IMG/VR virus record: IMGVR_UViG_3300047159_000049
Reading direction: 5' to 3' (one strand)
From: a virus
Lineage: Duplodnaviria > Heunggongvirae > Uroviricota > Caudoviricetes
Length of the DNA stretch: 64,000 nt
How positions within the stretch are numbered: position 1 is the first letter of the stretch; each line of letters opens with the position of its first letter. Below the pieces are notes generated by a model. It was given only the letters and a program-made list of their open reading frames with translations. It made no database searches and was not told the origin of the DNA. The translations under genes and the position numbers were made by a program. Shown here in pieces: positions 40,011-49,201 of this stretch.

Positions 40011-40958
40011 TTATTTGAGATCGGATATCTGCTTCTTTCGCTTGTTGGCTCTCGCTTTCGCGACGGCCGCGGCTGCCCCAAGACCAAGCCCGGCGACGGC
40101 CCCTCCGACTTCCATCGTATGGCCGATCGCGTTCTTGGTGTCATACTTCGCCTTGGTCTCTTTGCCGTATCCGGTCGAGCTGATGTTCTTGACGGTGGTG
40201 TACAAGCCGTTCATCCCGTCATTGTCCTTCTCGGTCCCGGCGGTTCCGTCCGGCCTCTCGCCATACATCCATTTGTTGGCTTTGTCGAGCTTGCTTGATG
40301 CGTTCTCAACGTTTTTGTCGACATATGCGATCTTCTCGTCGGAGGTATCAGGCGTGCCGATCTTCTTATGCTCTTCCTCTTTGGCTTTCTCGGCCGCGTC
40401 AAGCTCATTCTGCGCGTTTTTGACGATGGCCTTCACGTTGGTGAGCTGCGTCTCGGTGGAATACGGGTTGTCGCTCTTGGTCCCAGCGATAGGAACCGTG
40501 TACGTGGTTTGGCCGTAATCGTTGGATCTCGTCGTTGTAAGATCTGAATCCATGACGGACCTGACGGTTCCCTTGGTGACAGGATTGGTGAATACGGCGG
40601 TCTTGGTTCCGTCGTCTGATTTGATGTCGGAAGGCTTCGTCTCGCCTTTCTCAAGCTGACGGCCGACGTTTGACGTCTCGGTTCTATTGACGTATTCGTC
40701 CTTGGCCTTGACGTTGTTGACGGCTCCGCCGACGAGTCCCGTTGCCGCAAGTCCTGCCCCGGCGATTCCGAGCGCGACGGCTTTGCCGTTTCCCTTCGAT
40801 TCGTCAAGCGTGTATGCGCTGGCGCCGTTGGCCTGATTGAACTGCTTGCTGAAAGAGACCCCTTCCATCAGAAGGTAATCTTCGACGGTTAAGAACGATG
40901 GGTCAAGCCCCTCGCTCATCATGTAACTCTTCAATGCGTCTTCGCTGAGTGTGACCAT
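40011..40958 (-). CDS. Gly/Ala-zipper membrane-associated protein
   Basis: ATG at 40958 is preceded by RBS AAGAGGA. The upstream extension of the ORF overlaps a promoter-like motif. Confidence 0.5.
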   Translation of the reverse strand: MVTLSEDALKSYMMSEGLDPSFLTVEDYLLMEGVSFSKQFNQANGASAYTLDESKGNGKAVALGIAGAGLAATGLVGGAVNNVKAKDEYVNRTETSNVGRQLEKGETKPSDIKSDDGTKTAVFTNPVTKGTVRSVMDSDLTTTRSNDYGQTTYTVPIAGTKSDNPYSTETQLTNVKAIVKNAQNELDAAEKAKEEEHKKIGTPDTSDEKIAYVDKNVENASSKLDKANKWMYGERPDGTAGTEKDNDGMNGLYTTVKNISSTGYGKETKAKYDTKNAIGHTMEVGGAVAGLGLGAAAAVAKARANKRKKQISDLK

Positions 40959-41016
40959 ATTGCCGTAATCCTCTTGTAAATACTGATAATCAATTGTTGC
41001 TGGATTGGCGATTCTT

Positions 41017-41037
41017 GGATTTATTTTTTTATTTTCC
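41017..41037 (-). repeat. AT-motif copy
   Basis: About 60 nt upstream (- sense: T-run orientation) of the 40958 start. Confidence 0.6.
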
Positions 41038-41090
41038 TTGAAAACGGGCCTTTGCCATTGTATCGTATTCCCGTAGAAAGAAGGGACAAC

Positions 41091-41744
41091 ATGCTCTTTT
41101 ACTTCAATCCTCTCGCCATCAGAACGATGGCTGACGTGCAACGAACCAACGAGCGCATTTCAAAGCTGTGCTCATGCAATCTTAATGGGTCATATGGAGG
41201 AACCGATGACATGGATTCTTCGATGCTTCCATGCATGGTTGAGATTAACTCAGCCGACGGATTCGGCGTCATGCACGCGCATGACCGCTCATCCATGTCC
41301 GGCACGTCATCCAAGCAATTGCAGGTGTCCATAGGCAAAGTCGCCATCAACACGGACAGCATCGTCAGCATCGAGCCGGCTCTCATTTTCAAAGCAAACG
41401 AAATTCGCGATTACCAGTCTAAGATAGAGAACTATCAAACGGCATACAACCAATCGCAAAACTGGTCATATACCACGTCGTCATACAGGAATTCGGCGTG
41501 CAGCCGTCTTGCCAGCATGCTGGGAGGCGGATCGCCCACCGTATCCCCGGTAGATGACCAGGCAATGATGAAAATGGCCACTGAAGGCAGCATCATCATC
41601 TCCGGAAACGGCGGATCCGAAAAAGTCGTATACATTCTCAAAGAGCCGATTTCCGACGTGATGTCTCTGATGATCAAATGCGGCATCAGCACGAACGCCG
41701 ACCAGGCTGAGCTGGACTCGGACAGCCTGCAGAGAAAAGTGTGA
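41091..41744 (+). CDS. hypothetical protein
   Basis: ATG after an AGAAGGGA RBS. Confidence 0.45.
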   Translation: MLFYFNPLAIRTMADVQRTNERISKLCSCNLNGSYGGTDDMDSSMLPCMVEINSADGFGVMHAHDRSSMSGTSSKQLQVSIGKVAINTDSIVSIEPALIFKANEIRDYQSKIENYQTAYNQSQNWSYTTSSYRNSACSRLASMLGGGSPTVSPVDDQAMMKMATEGSIIISGNGGSEKVVYILKEPISDVMSLMIKCGISTNADQAELDSDSLQRKV

Positions 41745-41804
41745 TATTTGTCTTTTCTTTTAGAATAGACGGTGATATCATTTCAGTAGCATAAGAAAGG
41801 AGCA

Positions 41805-42548
41805 ATGAATCCTATGCAAATCGACAACATCGGAAGCACCAACTTACCGGCAAGCGTCGTCTCAAAGATCAACGCGCTGCCTCAAATCCCGACAAAGGAC
41901 GAATATGAATCCAACAAAGAGATCTATCTCCTCAAGATGGTGGTCGCCATCGTCGACTCTAAAGAGAAGCACGTCACCGACGAGCTCATCCGCAGAGCGG
42001 CAAAAGCCACCGGCATCTACGACTACGCCGACAGCAAGATGCGCAAACGCGCCGTCAACAACTTCTTCCAATACGGCATGATCGACCGCCGCAGGACCAA
42101 ATTGCTTGATCCGGTCAAGCACGTCACTAATCTGACCGGCAAGGTCATCAACGCCCCGTATTACAAAGTGCGGAAGCTCACCATCAGCGAAGCGAGGGAG
42201 ATCATGCGCGAATGGCTCTTCACCGGAATCCATCTCCGCCCGTTCATCGAGAAGCACAATCTCTGCTATTCGCAGCTGTACACCATGATCAGAACGCTGT
42301 CTGTCAGCGGGCGCATCTATGGCTATCGCACGATCAAGAGCGGCAAGGACGCCGGCAAGGAGATCTACTCCTACAAGACGATCTTCAACTACATCAAGTA
42401 CGCCAAAGTCGATATCAAGACCCTGGCGCATCTCACCAAGTACGGGACGTACCGCAAGAGTGTCTACCTCGAGAAGCATCCCGGCCTCAGCACGGCTGAG
42501 CTGCTTCAATATCAGCGCTCGATCAGCGTCCTTCAGAAGTATCTCTGA
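41805..42548 (+). CDS. hypothetical protein
   Basis: ATG after a GAAAGGAG RBS. Confidence 0.5.
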   Translation: MNPMQIDNIGSTNLPASVVSKINALPQIPTKDEYESNKEIYLLKMVVAIVDSKEKHVTDELIRRAAKATGIYDYADSKMRKRAVNNFFQYGMIDRRRTKLLDPVKHVTNLTGKVINAPYYKVRKLTISEAREIMREWLFTGIHLRPFIEKHNLCYSQLYTMIRTLSVSGRIYGYRTIKSGKDAGKEIYSYKTIFNYIKYAKVDIKTLAHLTKYGTYRKSVYLEKHPGLSTAELLQYQRSISVLQKYL

Positions 42549-42580
42549 TCGAAGCCTCGCCTAAGATCCTCGGCAATCCG

Positions 42581-42601
42581 GGGATCTTTTTTTTATTTTC
42601 C
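42581..42601 (-). repeat. AT-motif copy GGGATCTTTTTTTTATTTTCC
   Basis: After a hairpin, about 50 nt before the ATG at 42654. Confidence 0.6.
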
Positions 42602-42653
42602 TTGAACGGGGCATCGGCAAGATGTATCCTTATGTCGTAAGAAAAACGCAAAT

Positions 42654-44442
42654 ATGAATAGCGACATTGATTCTTACGCAATCAAAATGCAAATCAAGAA
42701 TCCTTCAGACTTTCCTAAGATCGACGGACTTGGGGCATACGCATCGGCCCTAATGAGCATGAACGGGATCACGGCTGATTCCTTTTTCTCGTCCCTACCA
42801 GACACCAAGATGCATTACGAGCTAGAAGAATGGATGAAGATCATGGAGCCTATGCCTGGCCAGCATGATTTCTCGGACATGGTCCTCAAGAACAAATCGC
42901 GCCATTTCTGCGTGATCGGGGATTACGACTGCGACGGAATCATGGCGACCGCCATCGTGGCCAAATCACTGAGATTGGCCGGAATCAAATGCGATTTCAT
43001 AACCCCGAACAGATTCGTCGACGGATACGGCATGTCCGTAAAGCACGTCACCGAAGCCCTTTCCAAAGGGGCCAACGCGATCATCACCGTGGACAATGGA
43101 ATAACCTGCAAAGACGAGATCGCCTTCGCCAAGGAGCATGACGCGATAGCGATCGTAACCGACCACCATATCTCGCAAGGACCGATCCCGGCCGATCTCG
43201 TCTGCGACCCTTTCTGCGACGGATCAAAATTCACCGAGATCAGCGGAGCTACCGTGGCGTTCAAGCTATGCCGCCAGCTTCTCCTTGACAAAGGATTCGC
43301 TGATTCGCAGCTGAAAGACATGGCCGCGATGGCAGCCATAACCGTGATGTCGGACTCGATGCAGATGATCGGCGAGAACAGAATCCTCGTCAAAGCCGCC
43401 CTGGATTACCTCAACTCAGAAGAGAACGATCCGAAGACGTTCTCGAACAGACTGGCCAGGATGATGGGATACTACCGCTTCCCGTCAGACAGCGGGATCC
43501 TTCGCAGATACACCGTGTCTGGTCTGCAGTTCTCGCTGATCCCGGTCGTCAATGCGGTCAACCGCATCCTCGGAGACCCGACCAAGCTGGTGTCAGACAT
43601 CGTCAAGATACTCGACGGAAACGAGCCATCCGAGGATCTCGGATCAAAATACGTCGAGATCAACAACCTCCGCAAGCAATGCAAGAAGGATCTGCTGAAG
43701 CAATACCATCCGAACGGAGACAAGATCGCGATCGTCGTCCTCCCAGGATCCGACACGATGAACTATTCCGGGATGGCCGGCCTCGTCGCGTCGCAGATAG
43801 CCGAGGACGAAGGCAAGCCCGCCCTCGTCGGAATCGACGACGGCCATACGGGGAAAAATAAAATTTTCCGGACGAAGCATCAACGGATTCCCTCTATACG
43901 ATTTCCTGATGGATCTGTCCAAAGACCATCCTGAGCTCAACATGGAATTCGGAGGCCACAGCGAAGCGCTTGGCGGATCCGTGCCCAAGCAAAAAGTCCC
44001 GGCTTTCAGAACGGCCGCAATCAGGGCAATGCTTTCCGTCAATCTCCCGAAATCCGAGGAAACGGTCGTGTCCATGTCCACCGGATCGGAAGCCATGAAA
44101 GCCTATCTCGACTTCGCCCCGTATGGCAAGGGATTCAAATTCCCTGAGCTGTACACCGAAGGCAATATCGTCAGCGGAGGATTCGACCGCAGATCGAGGA
44201 CGTTCACGCTCGATTCGGCGCCTAGCCTCAAAATCAAATGCTACGACAAGGAGCTGTACAAATACATCTCGGAGATCTATTACAACAATCTCTGCTCCAA
44301 AGTCAAGATCGATGCGGTGATCTCCATCTCAGACGGGGATGACGGCATCCCATCTCCCGACCTCCGCAAGATCTGCAACATCGACAAAAACGTCAAATTG
44401 GCTGCGGATCTGCGGGAATATCAGTACAACTCTAGAAAATAG
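42654..44442 (+). CDS. RecJ-like DHH/DHHA1 single-strand exonuclease, apparently frameshifted near 43855
   Basis: VIGDYDCDGIMATAI, TVDNGI, VTDHHI motifs. After the frame change come SGRSINGFPLYDFL and FGGHSEALGG (DHHA1). Confidence 0.7.
43850..43869 (+). repeat. AT-motif copy GGGGAAAAATAAAATTTTCC
   Basis: Coincides with the RecJ frameshift site. Confidence 0.65.
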
Positions 44443-44444
44443 GA

Positions 44445-44472
44445 TTGCTTTGCAGAGAGCTTGTGATATAAT
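44445..44472 (+). promoter_or_regulatory. sigma70-like promoter TTGCTT-N16-TGaTATAAT
   Basis: Extended -10 region, upstream of the phosphoesterase gene. Confidence 0.5.
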
Positions 44473-44499
44473 TTTTACGTGGAAAGCAGGTATTCTATC

Positions 44500-45105
44500 A
44501 TGGATAACTCAAAAACATTCGTAACTTCGGACTTTCACTTCAATCACAACAACATTCTCAGCTATGAGCGATCTGGGTTCAAAGACATAAACGATCATAA
44601 CGAGACGATCATCCGTCTATACAACGAAACCGTCGGAGAGAACGATAAGTGCTATATTCTCGGCGACGTCGGATTCGGGAGCATCGATAAGCTCCGCGAG
44701 CTCATCCATCGCCTCAACGGGCATAAGATCCTCATTTTCGGAAACCATGACAAGTTCACGGTCAGCGCCGCCATATCCATGGGATTCGACAGAGCCATGC
44801 AAGGGCCGTACTTCTGCCCAGAGGGAAAGGGGCATATCGTCCTCTCTCACTTCCCGGTAAGAGACGCCCTCGACAATCCGTATGAAATCAACGTCCATGG
44901 CCATTTGCACAGCAGCAAGCTGAATCTCCCTCATTATTACAACGTCAACGTCGCTCTCACAGACTATAAGCCAGTCGACATCCATACATTCGTGGACGAG
45001 CTTGATCGCTTAGGCATCAAGAGCAGACGCGAAGACTTCCATGACGAATGGTATAAGGATCATGTCGTCAAAGCCGACGGATCCTGGAAAGGCCATGACA
45101 GATGA
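44500..45105 (+). CDS. calcineurin-like metallophosphoesterase
   Basis: TSDFHFNH, GDVGF, GNHD motifs. Confidence 0.7.
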   Translation: MDNSKTFVTSDFHFNHNNILSYERSGFKDINDHNETIIRLYNETVGENDKCYILGDVGFGSIDKLRELIHRLNGHKILIFGNHDKFTVSAAISMGFDRAMQGPYFCPEGKGHIVLSHFPVRDALDNPYEINVHGHLHSSKLNLPHYYNVNVALTDYKPVDIHTFVDELDRLGIKSRREDFHDEWYKDHVVKADGSWKGHDR

Positions 45106-46214
45106 GCGAAGGAACTTACGGAGACGGCATCTTCGAGGCCAGGCCAAACTACCAGGCCCTTGGCAAGATACTGGGACCGAAATTAACCGATGTGACGTTC
45201 TCGAAGAACGTCAATCTCATCATCGACGTCAAGCAGCTATTCCGCAAAGCCTTCAGAAAGGGAAGCGGATATGACGACATCCAAAGCATCAACGCCGCGA
45301 TGGCCGTCCAATCCATATCGTCGGAGATCATCAACGTCGTCGGCCATTACCGAAACTTCATTTTCAAGGAGTACGGAAAATACACGACGGCATACCTTCT
45401 GTACAGCACAAGCACTTGCAAAAGGATCCTAAAAGACGTCCCCACTTACAAAAGCGAATACTACACCAAGTACATCTACGGAACCGAAGCCGATTCCATC
45501 CGCCCAGGAATCGTGATCAGATGCGCCGCGGCGATCAAGATGGTGTGCGACAGAGTCCCGCATTGCTATTTCATCGACACCAGCAATTTCGACGAATACG
45601 CCGTCGCAAGATACATCACCTCCAAATCGCAGCCGTCAGACCTCGACATCATCCTGAGCAACGACGAAGCGATGCTGACGATGATCGGGCCTCGCGTATG
45701 CGTTCTGTCAGCCAAAGGCCAGCTATCGAAGCTGTCTGACGAATCAAGCGCCCTTGAGAATTTCCTAGGAAGCGACTATTTGGGCAAATCGATCGGGATG
45801 TCCTATCATATGATCCAAACGATTTTGGCCATAGCCGGAGACGAAAGATGCTCGCTTAAGCCAATCCCAGGGGTAGGACTGTCGGGGGCGTCGAAGATCG
45901 TCGAGAAGCTGATCTCATCCGAGTCTATCACGGACGCGGATCACGTCGACTTCCCGATCAAGCCTGAGTTCCTGAGAGGATCGTCCTCCGTGGAAAATAA
46001 AATTATTTCCCATATCAATGACGTGTCAAAGGCCTACGAGATCATCGGAGGAAGGCATATCATGCTGATAAACGAAGAGCCGATAGCCGAGCTCTTGATA
46101 GGATGCTCCAAGAAAGCCCCTATTGACAAACGGCTGTATATGGATATAAACTCGAAGGCGTTCCCGGACTTCCCGGTGAACTTCGAGATGCTCATGAAAG
46201 GAGAGCAAGCGTAG
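45102..46214 (+). CDS. FEN/5'-3' exonuclease (T4 RNase H-like)
   Basis: NLIIDVKQLFRK, ILSNDEAML and the H3TH PIPGVGLSGASKIVEKL. Confidence 0.6.
   Translation: MSEGTYGDGIFEARPNYQALGKILGPKLTDVTFSKNVNLIIDVKQLFRKAFRKGSGYDDIQSINAAMAVQSISSEIINVVGHYRNFIFKEYGKYTTAYLLYSTSTCKRILKDVPTYKSEYYTKYIYGTEADSIRPGIVIRCAAAIKMVCDRVPHCYFIDTSNFDEYAVARYITSKSQPSDLDIILSNDEAMLTMIGPRVCVLSAKGQLSKLSDESSALENFLGSDYLGKSIGMSYHMIQTILAIAGDERCSLKPIPGVGLSGASKIVEKLISSESITDADHVDFPIKPEFLRGSSSVENKIISHINDVSKAYEIIGGRHIMLINEEPIAELLIGCSKKAPIDKRLYMDINSKAFPDFPVNFEMLMKGEQA
45992..46010 (+). repeat. AT-motif copy GGAAAATAAAATTATTTCC
   Basis: Intragenic (FEN gene), encodes ENKIIS. Confidence 0.65.
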
Positions 46215-46535
46215 ATGGAACACAAAAGCAAATGGGAGATCATGGAGGATTCCCAGAAAGTCGTCATGAAGAAACTCCATGACACGTCAGAGGTTCGCGA
46301 ATTCCTGGCCCACAAGACCGAGCAAGGCAAGGTCTGGGATTCCAAATACCACGTCGAGCGCGATCTGTCGAAGCTCACCAACACGCCGACGTCGATGCTC
46401 AGCCGCTTAGGCAAAGAGCTCGATGCGTTCTACAGAGTCGTCACGACGCCGGAAGACCGCAAGTACATCATCAGCAAGAAGACGGAGATCGACTCAGAGA
46501 TCTCCAGGCGCGCCAGCGAACCCGTTTCGGATTAG
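46215..46535 (+). CDS. hypothetical protein
   Basis: ORF immediately after the upstream stop. Confidence 0.45.
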   Translation: MEHKSKWEIMEDSQKVVMKKLHDTSEVREFLAHKTEQGKVWDSKYHVERDLSKLTNTPTSMLSRLGKELDAFYRVVTTPEDRKYIISKKTEIDSEISRRASEPVSD

Positions 46536-46546
46536 AAAGGACATCC

Positions 46547-47029
46547 ATGGATTTCAATTTAGGAAGCAACTCAGACGATGACGGAGACGATCAGTCTAAT
46601 TCGATCAAGCTGCCTTGGGGCATAATCTCTGACACCGCGGCTATGTACGGGGCCAGATTCCTTATCAAAGGGATCGTCGGATTGTCGTTCCTTCTGGCTT
46701 GGACCGGAGTCATCCTCGGATTCGGGATCGCCATCTGGGTCAACGCATGGCAGGTTCCGGCGCTGTATTGGGCCGGAGTGGCCGTCATGGGAGCCCATTG
46801 GGTGGCGGCTCCGTCATTCATCACCGACATCACCAGCGCATCAGATCTGCTGATGATCAAGAAAGTCGTCAGCAAAGGATCCTCTGGAGACGGCGGAAAA
46901 GACGATGATGACAAAGATGACGACGATGACGGAGATTCAGACGCCGATGGATTCCCAGACGACGATGACGATTGGGGAATGCCAAATCAGACGAATGGCG
47001 GCGGCCACAATAGCGGCAACCAAGCCTGA
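46547..47029 (+). CDS. membrane protein with poly-acidic C-terminus
   Basis: Two TM-like segments, then a D-rich tail. Confidence 0.45.
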   Translation: MDFNLGSNSDDDGDDQSNSIKLPWGIISDTAAMYGARFLIKGIVGLSFLLAWTGVILGFGIAIWVNAWQVPALYWAGVAVMGAHWVAAPSFITDITSASDLLMIKKVVSKGSSGDGGKDDDDKDDDDDGDSDADGFPDDDDDWGMPNQTNGGGHNSGNQA

Positions 47030-47061
47030 TAGACGCCATAAAGATCCGCAAATCACGGATC

Positions 47062-47077
47062 TTTTTTATTTTTTCCC
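47062..47077 (-). repeat. AT-motif copy (T6ATTTTTTCCC)
   Basis: After a hairpin, about 30 nt before the 47107 start. Confidence 0.5.
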
Positions 47078-47106
47078 GAGAGACGCGAACCGGAACAAAT
47101 GATTAT

Positions 47107-47583
47107 ATGGTCCATATAACCGAGAAAGCCATTCTTGAAGCGGCTGAGCAAAACACAGCCTATGACGTCTATTCAATGACAGCGGCAGACATCCTTTGCG
47201 AAGAAGGGATTCCTTATACCGAATCAGGCGATGGATTCGACATCGAAGAAAGCGTTATCGCGGAAGCCAAACCTAACTCATTGATTGAAAATCTGTTCAT
47301 GACCGATACAGAGCGCGCTAAGATCGAGCATGCCAAAAGAGTTAAGCAAATGCAAGAGTACAAAGCTAAGCAAATAGCTATTGCCGAAGCTAAGCGGAAA
47401 GCTGCCGCAGCGCAAGATGAACAATCCAAAGACGATGAGGCCATTCAGACAACCGTTGCCTTGCATTATCCTTGGCTAAGCGGAATCCAGGCCAGTCAAG
47501 CTGTCAAATACATAAAATCAGGGCATGAAGATTATGTAGATCAGCAGTTCCCTAAGCCTCCTGAAGAACAAGAATCCCACTAG
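47107..47583 (+). CDS. hypothetical protein
   Basis: ORF after a terminator plus AT-motif. Confidence 0.45.
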   Translation: MVHITEKAILEAAEQNTAYDVYSMTAADILCEEGIPYTESGDGFDIEESVIAEAKPNSLIENLFMTDTERAKIEHAKRVKQMQEYKAKQIAIAEAKRKAAAAQDEQSKDDEAIQTTVALHYPWLSGIQASQAVKYIKSGHEDYVDQQFPKPPEEQESH

Positions 47584-47614
47584 CAAAACAGGTCTGAAGA
47601 CAGATCTGTTTTCT

Positions 47615-47643
47615 TTGCTTATGCGCCGTCGCAGGCGTATCAT
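47615..47643 (+). promoter_or_regulatory. possible promoter TTGCTT-N17-TATCAT
   Basis: Follows a terminator-like hairpin. Confidence 0.3.
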
Positions 47644-47664
47644 ATTCCTGTAGGAGTGATAATC

Positions 47665-49164
47665 ATGCGAAAGACATGGCCAGACAAAGACGAGATGATC
47701 CGATGGATAACTGAAAACTCAGCCACCAGGACAGACGTGATGGCGCATTACGGATTCTCAAAGCAATCCATGCGCACCATCAGCGCCAAATACGGGCTTA
47801 AGGAATATCTCAAACCCATCTCCGAAGACGAGAGGATCGCCAGAAGCAAGGAAGCTGTCAAAGCCAAGTACGGCGTCGACAACGTCTTTAGGCTGAAATC
47901 GATCCAGGACAAATCCGCCAAAACCAACGTCGAGAGATACGGCTTCAGCTCCCCCAACAAGAACAAGGAAGTCGTCGCTAAGCGCAAGAAGACCAATCTA
48001 GTCAGATATGGCTATGCCATGCCGATGATGAACAAAGTCATAAAGGCCAAAGCCAACAAGACGAACCTGGAGAAGTACGGATCGGCATGCGTCCTGGCGT
48101 CTCCGGAAATAAAAAATAAAATCTCCAAGACGAGCGACGCCAAATACGGAACGCCTGTCATTCAGTCGAGAGATCTCACAGACATCGGCAAATCAGCCAC
48201 GCAATCAAAGGAAGCGATGTCCGCTTTCATAGAATCGCAATCAGACCGCACCAGCAAGCATCTCATGGACGAGCTCGGATACGAGTCAAGAACCGGATTC
48301 TTCATAATGATCCACAAGTACGGCTTGTTCGATCTGCTTGACTGCGACAAGGAAACGTCTTTCGCCGAGAAGGAAATAGCCGATCTGATAGAGTCGCTCG
48401 GATTCAAAGTCGATCGCAACAGACGCGATCTTCTTGGCGATGGGCGCGAGATAGACATCTACGTCCCAGACAGGCATCTTGGGATCGAATACAACGGGAC
48501 GTATTGGCATTCCGATCTCAAGAAGGATGACAAAGAGTATCATCAGCGCAAAGTCCTCGATGCCGAGAAGAACGGAATCCATCTGATTCACATCTACGAA
48601 TTCCAATGGGAGAATCCCGTCCTTAAGCCGATAATCATCTCAGTCGTAAAACTGTTCTTAGGCCTTAACTTCAATCGCGTATATGCGAGAGACTGCGTCA
48701 TCAAGACGATCCCGGAAAGCGTGAGCAGGCCATTCTGCGAGAGCAACCACATGCAAGGATATGTCTATGCCAAAATCACTTATGGGCTGTTCTCCAAATC
48801 AGGAGAGCTTCTTCAGCTGATGAGCTTCGGAAAGCCAAGATACAGCCATCTGGCCCAATGGGAGATCATCAGAGGATGCCCAGGATCGAATAACCTCGTC
48901 GTCGGAGGCGTGTCCAGGCTGTTCTCGCATTTCGTCAAAGACAACAGCCCGGAGTCCGTGCTGTCATACTGCGACCTCAATATGTTCGACGGCAAAGGAT
49001 ACAAAGCCATCGGAATGAATCTCGTCGGCGTGACAAAGCCAAACAAATGGGTGATCCTCCCAGACGGAAGGGTCATCGACAGAGACCCGTCAAAGTACGA
49101 AGAGTACAAAGGCTATCCGTCCATATACGGAGCTGGAAGCGCCGTGTACCTGTGGAAAAAATAA
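47665..49164 (+). CDS. homing-endonuclease-like protein: NUMOD-like K..TN..KYG repeats plus DUF559/Vsr-like PD-(D/E)xK domain
   Basis: Repeats ...KTNVERYG / KTNLVRYG / KTNLEKYG / SDAKYG. IDIYVPDRHLGIEYNGTYWH...GIHLIHIYE. Confidence 0.45.
   Translation: MRKTWPDKDEMIRWITENSATRTDVMAHYGFSKQSMRTISAKYGLKEYLKPISEDERIARSKEAVKAKYGVDNVFRLKSIQDKSAKTNVERYGFSSPNKNKEVVAKRKKTNLVRYGYAMPMMNKVIKAKANKTNLEKYGSACVLASPEIKNKISKTSDAKYGTPVIQSRDLTDIGKSATQSKEAMSAFIESQSDRTSKHLMDELGYESRTGFFIMIHKYGLFDLLDCDKETSFAEKEIADLIESLGFKVDRNRRDLLGDGREIDIYVPDRHLGIEYNGTYWHSDLKKDDKEYHQRKVLDAEKNGIHLIHIYEFQWENPVLKPIIISVVKLFLGLNFNRVYARDCVIKTIPESVSRPFCESNHMQGYVYAKITYGLFSKSGELLQLMSFGKPRYSHLAQWEIIRGCPGSNNLVVGGVSRLFSHFVKDNSPESVLSYCDLNMFDGKGYKAIGMNLVGVTKPNKWVILPDGRVIDRDPSKYEEYKGYPSIYGAGSAVYLWKK
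48105..48126 (+). repeat. AT-motif copy
   Basis: Intragenic, encodes EIKNKIS. Confidence 0.55.
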
Positions 49165-49172
49165 AATAAAGG
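49154..49172 (+). repeat. AT-motif copy
   Basis: Spans a stop codon and precedes the bidirectional terminator. Confidence 0.55.
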
Positions 49173-49197
49173 CCGGCGATTGAGCGCCGGTCTTTTT
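49171..49197. terminator. bidirectional terminator between convergent genes
   Basis: GGCCGGCG-ATTGA-GCGCCGGTC plus TTTTT. A-run on the other side. Confidence 0.6.
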
Positions 49198-49201
49198 AGT
49201 G

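Noticed and set aside
39994-40518. + strand hydrophobic ORF overlapping the - strand gene 40011-40958
   Set aside because: Its start codon lies inside the terminator hairpin. The - strand product has a protein-like composition and an RBS.
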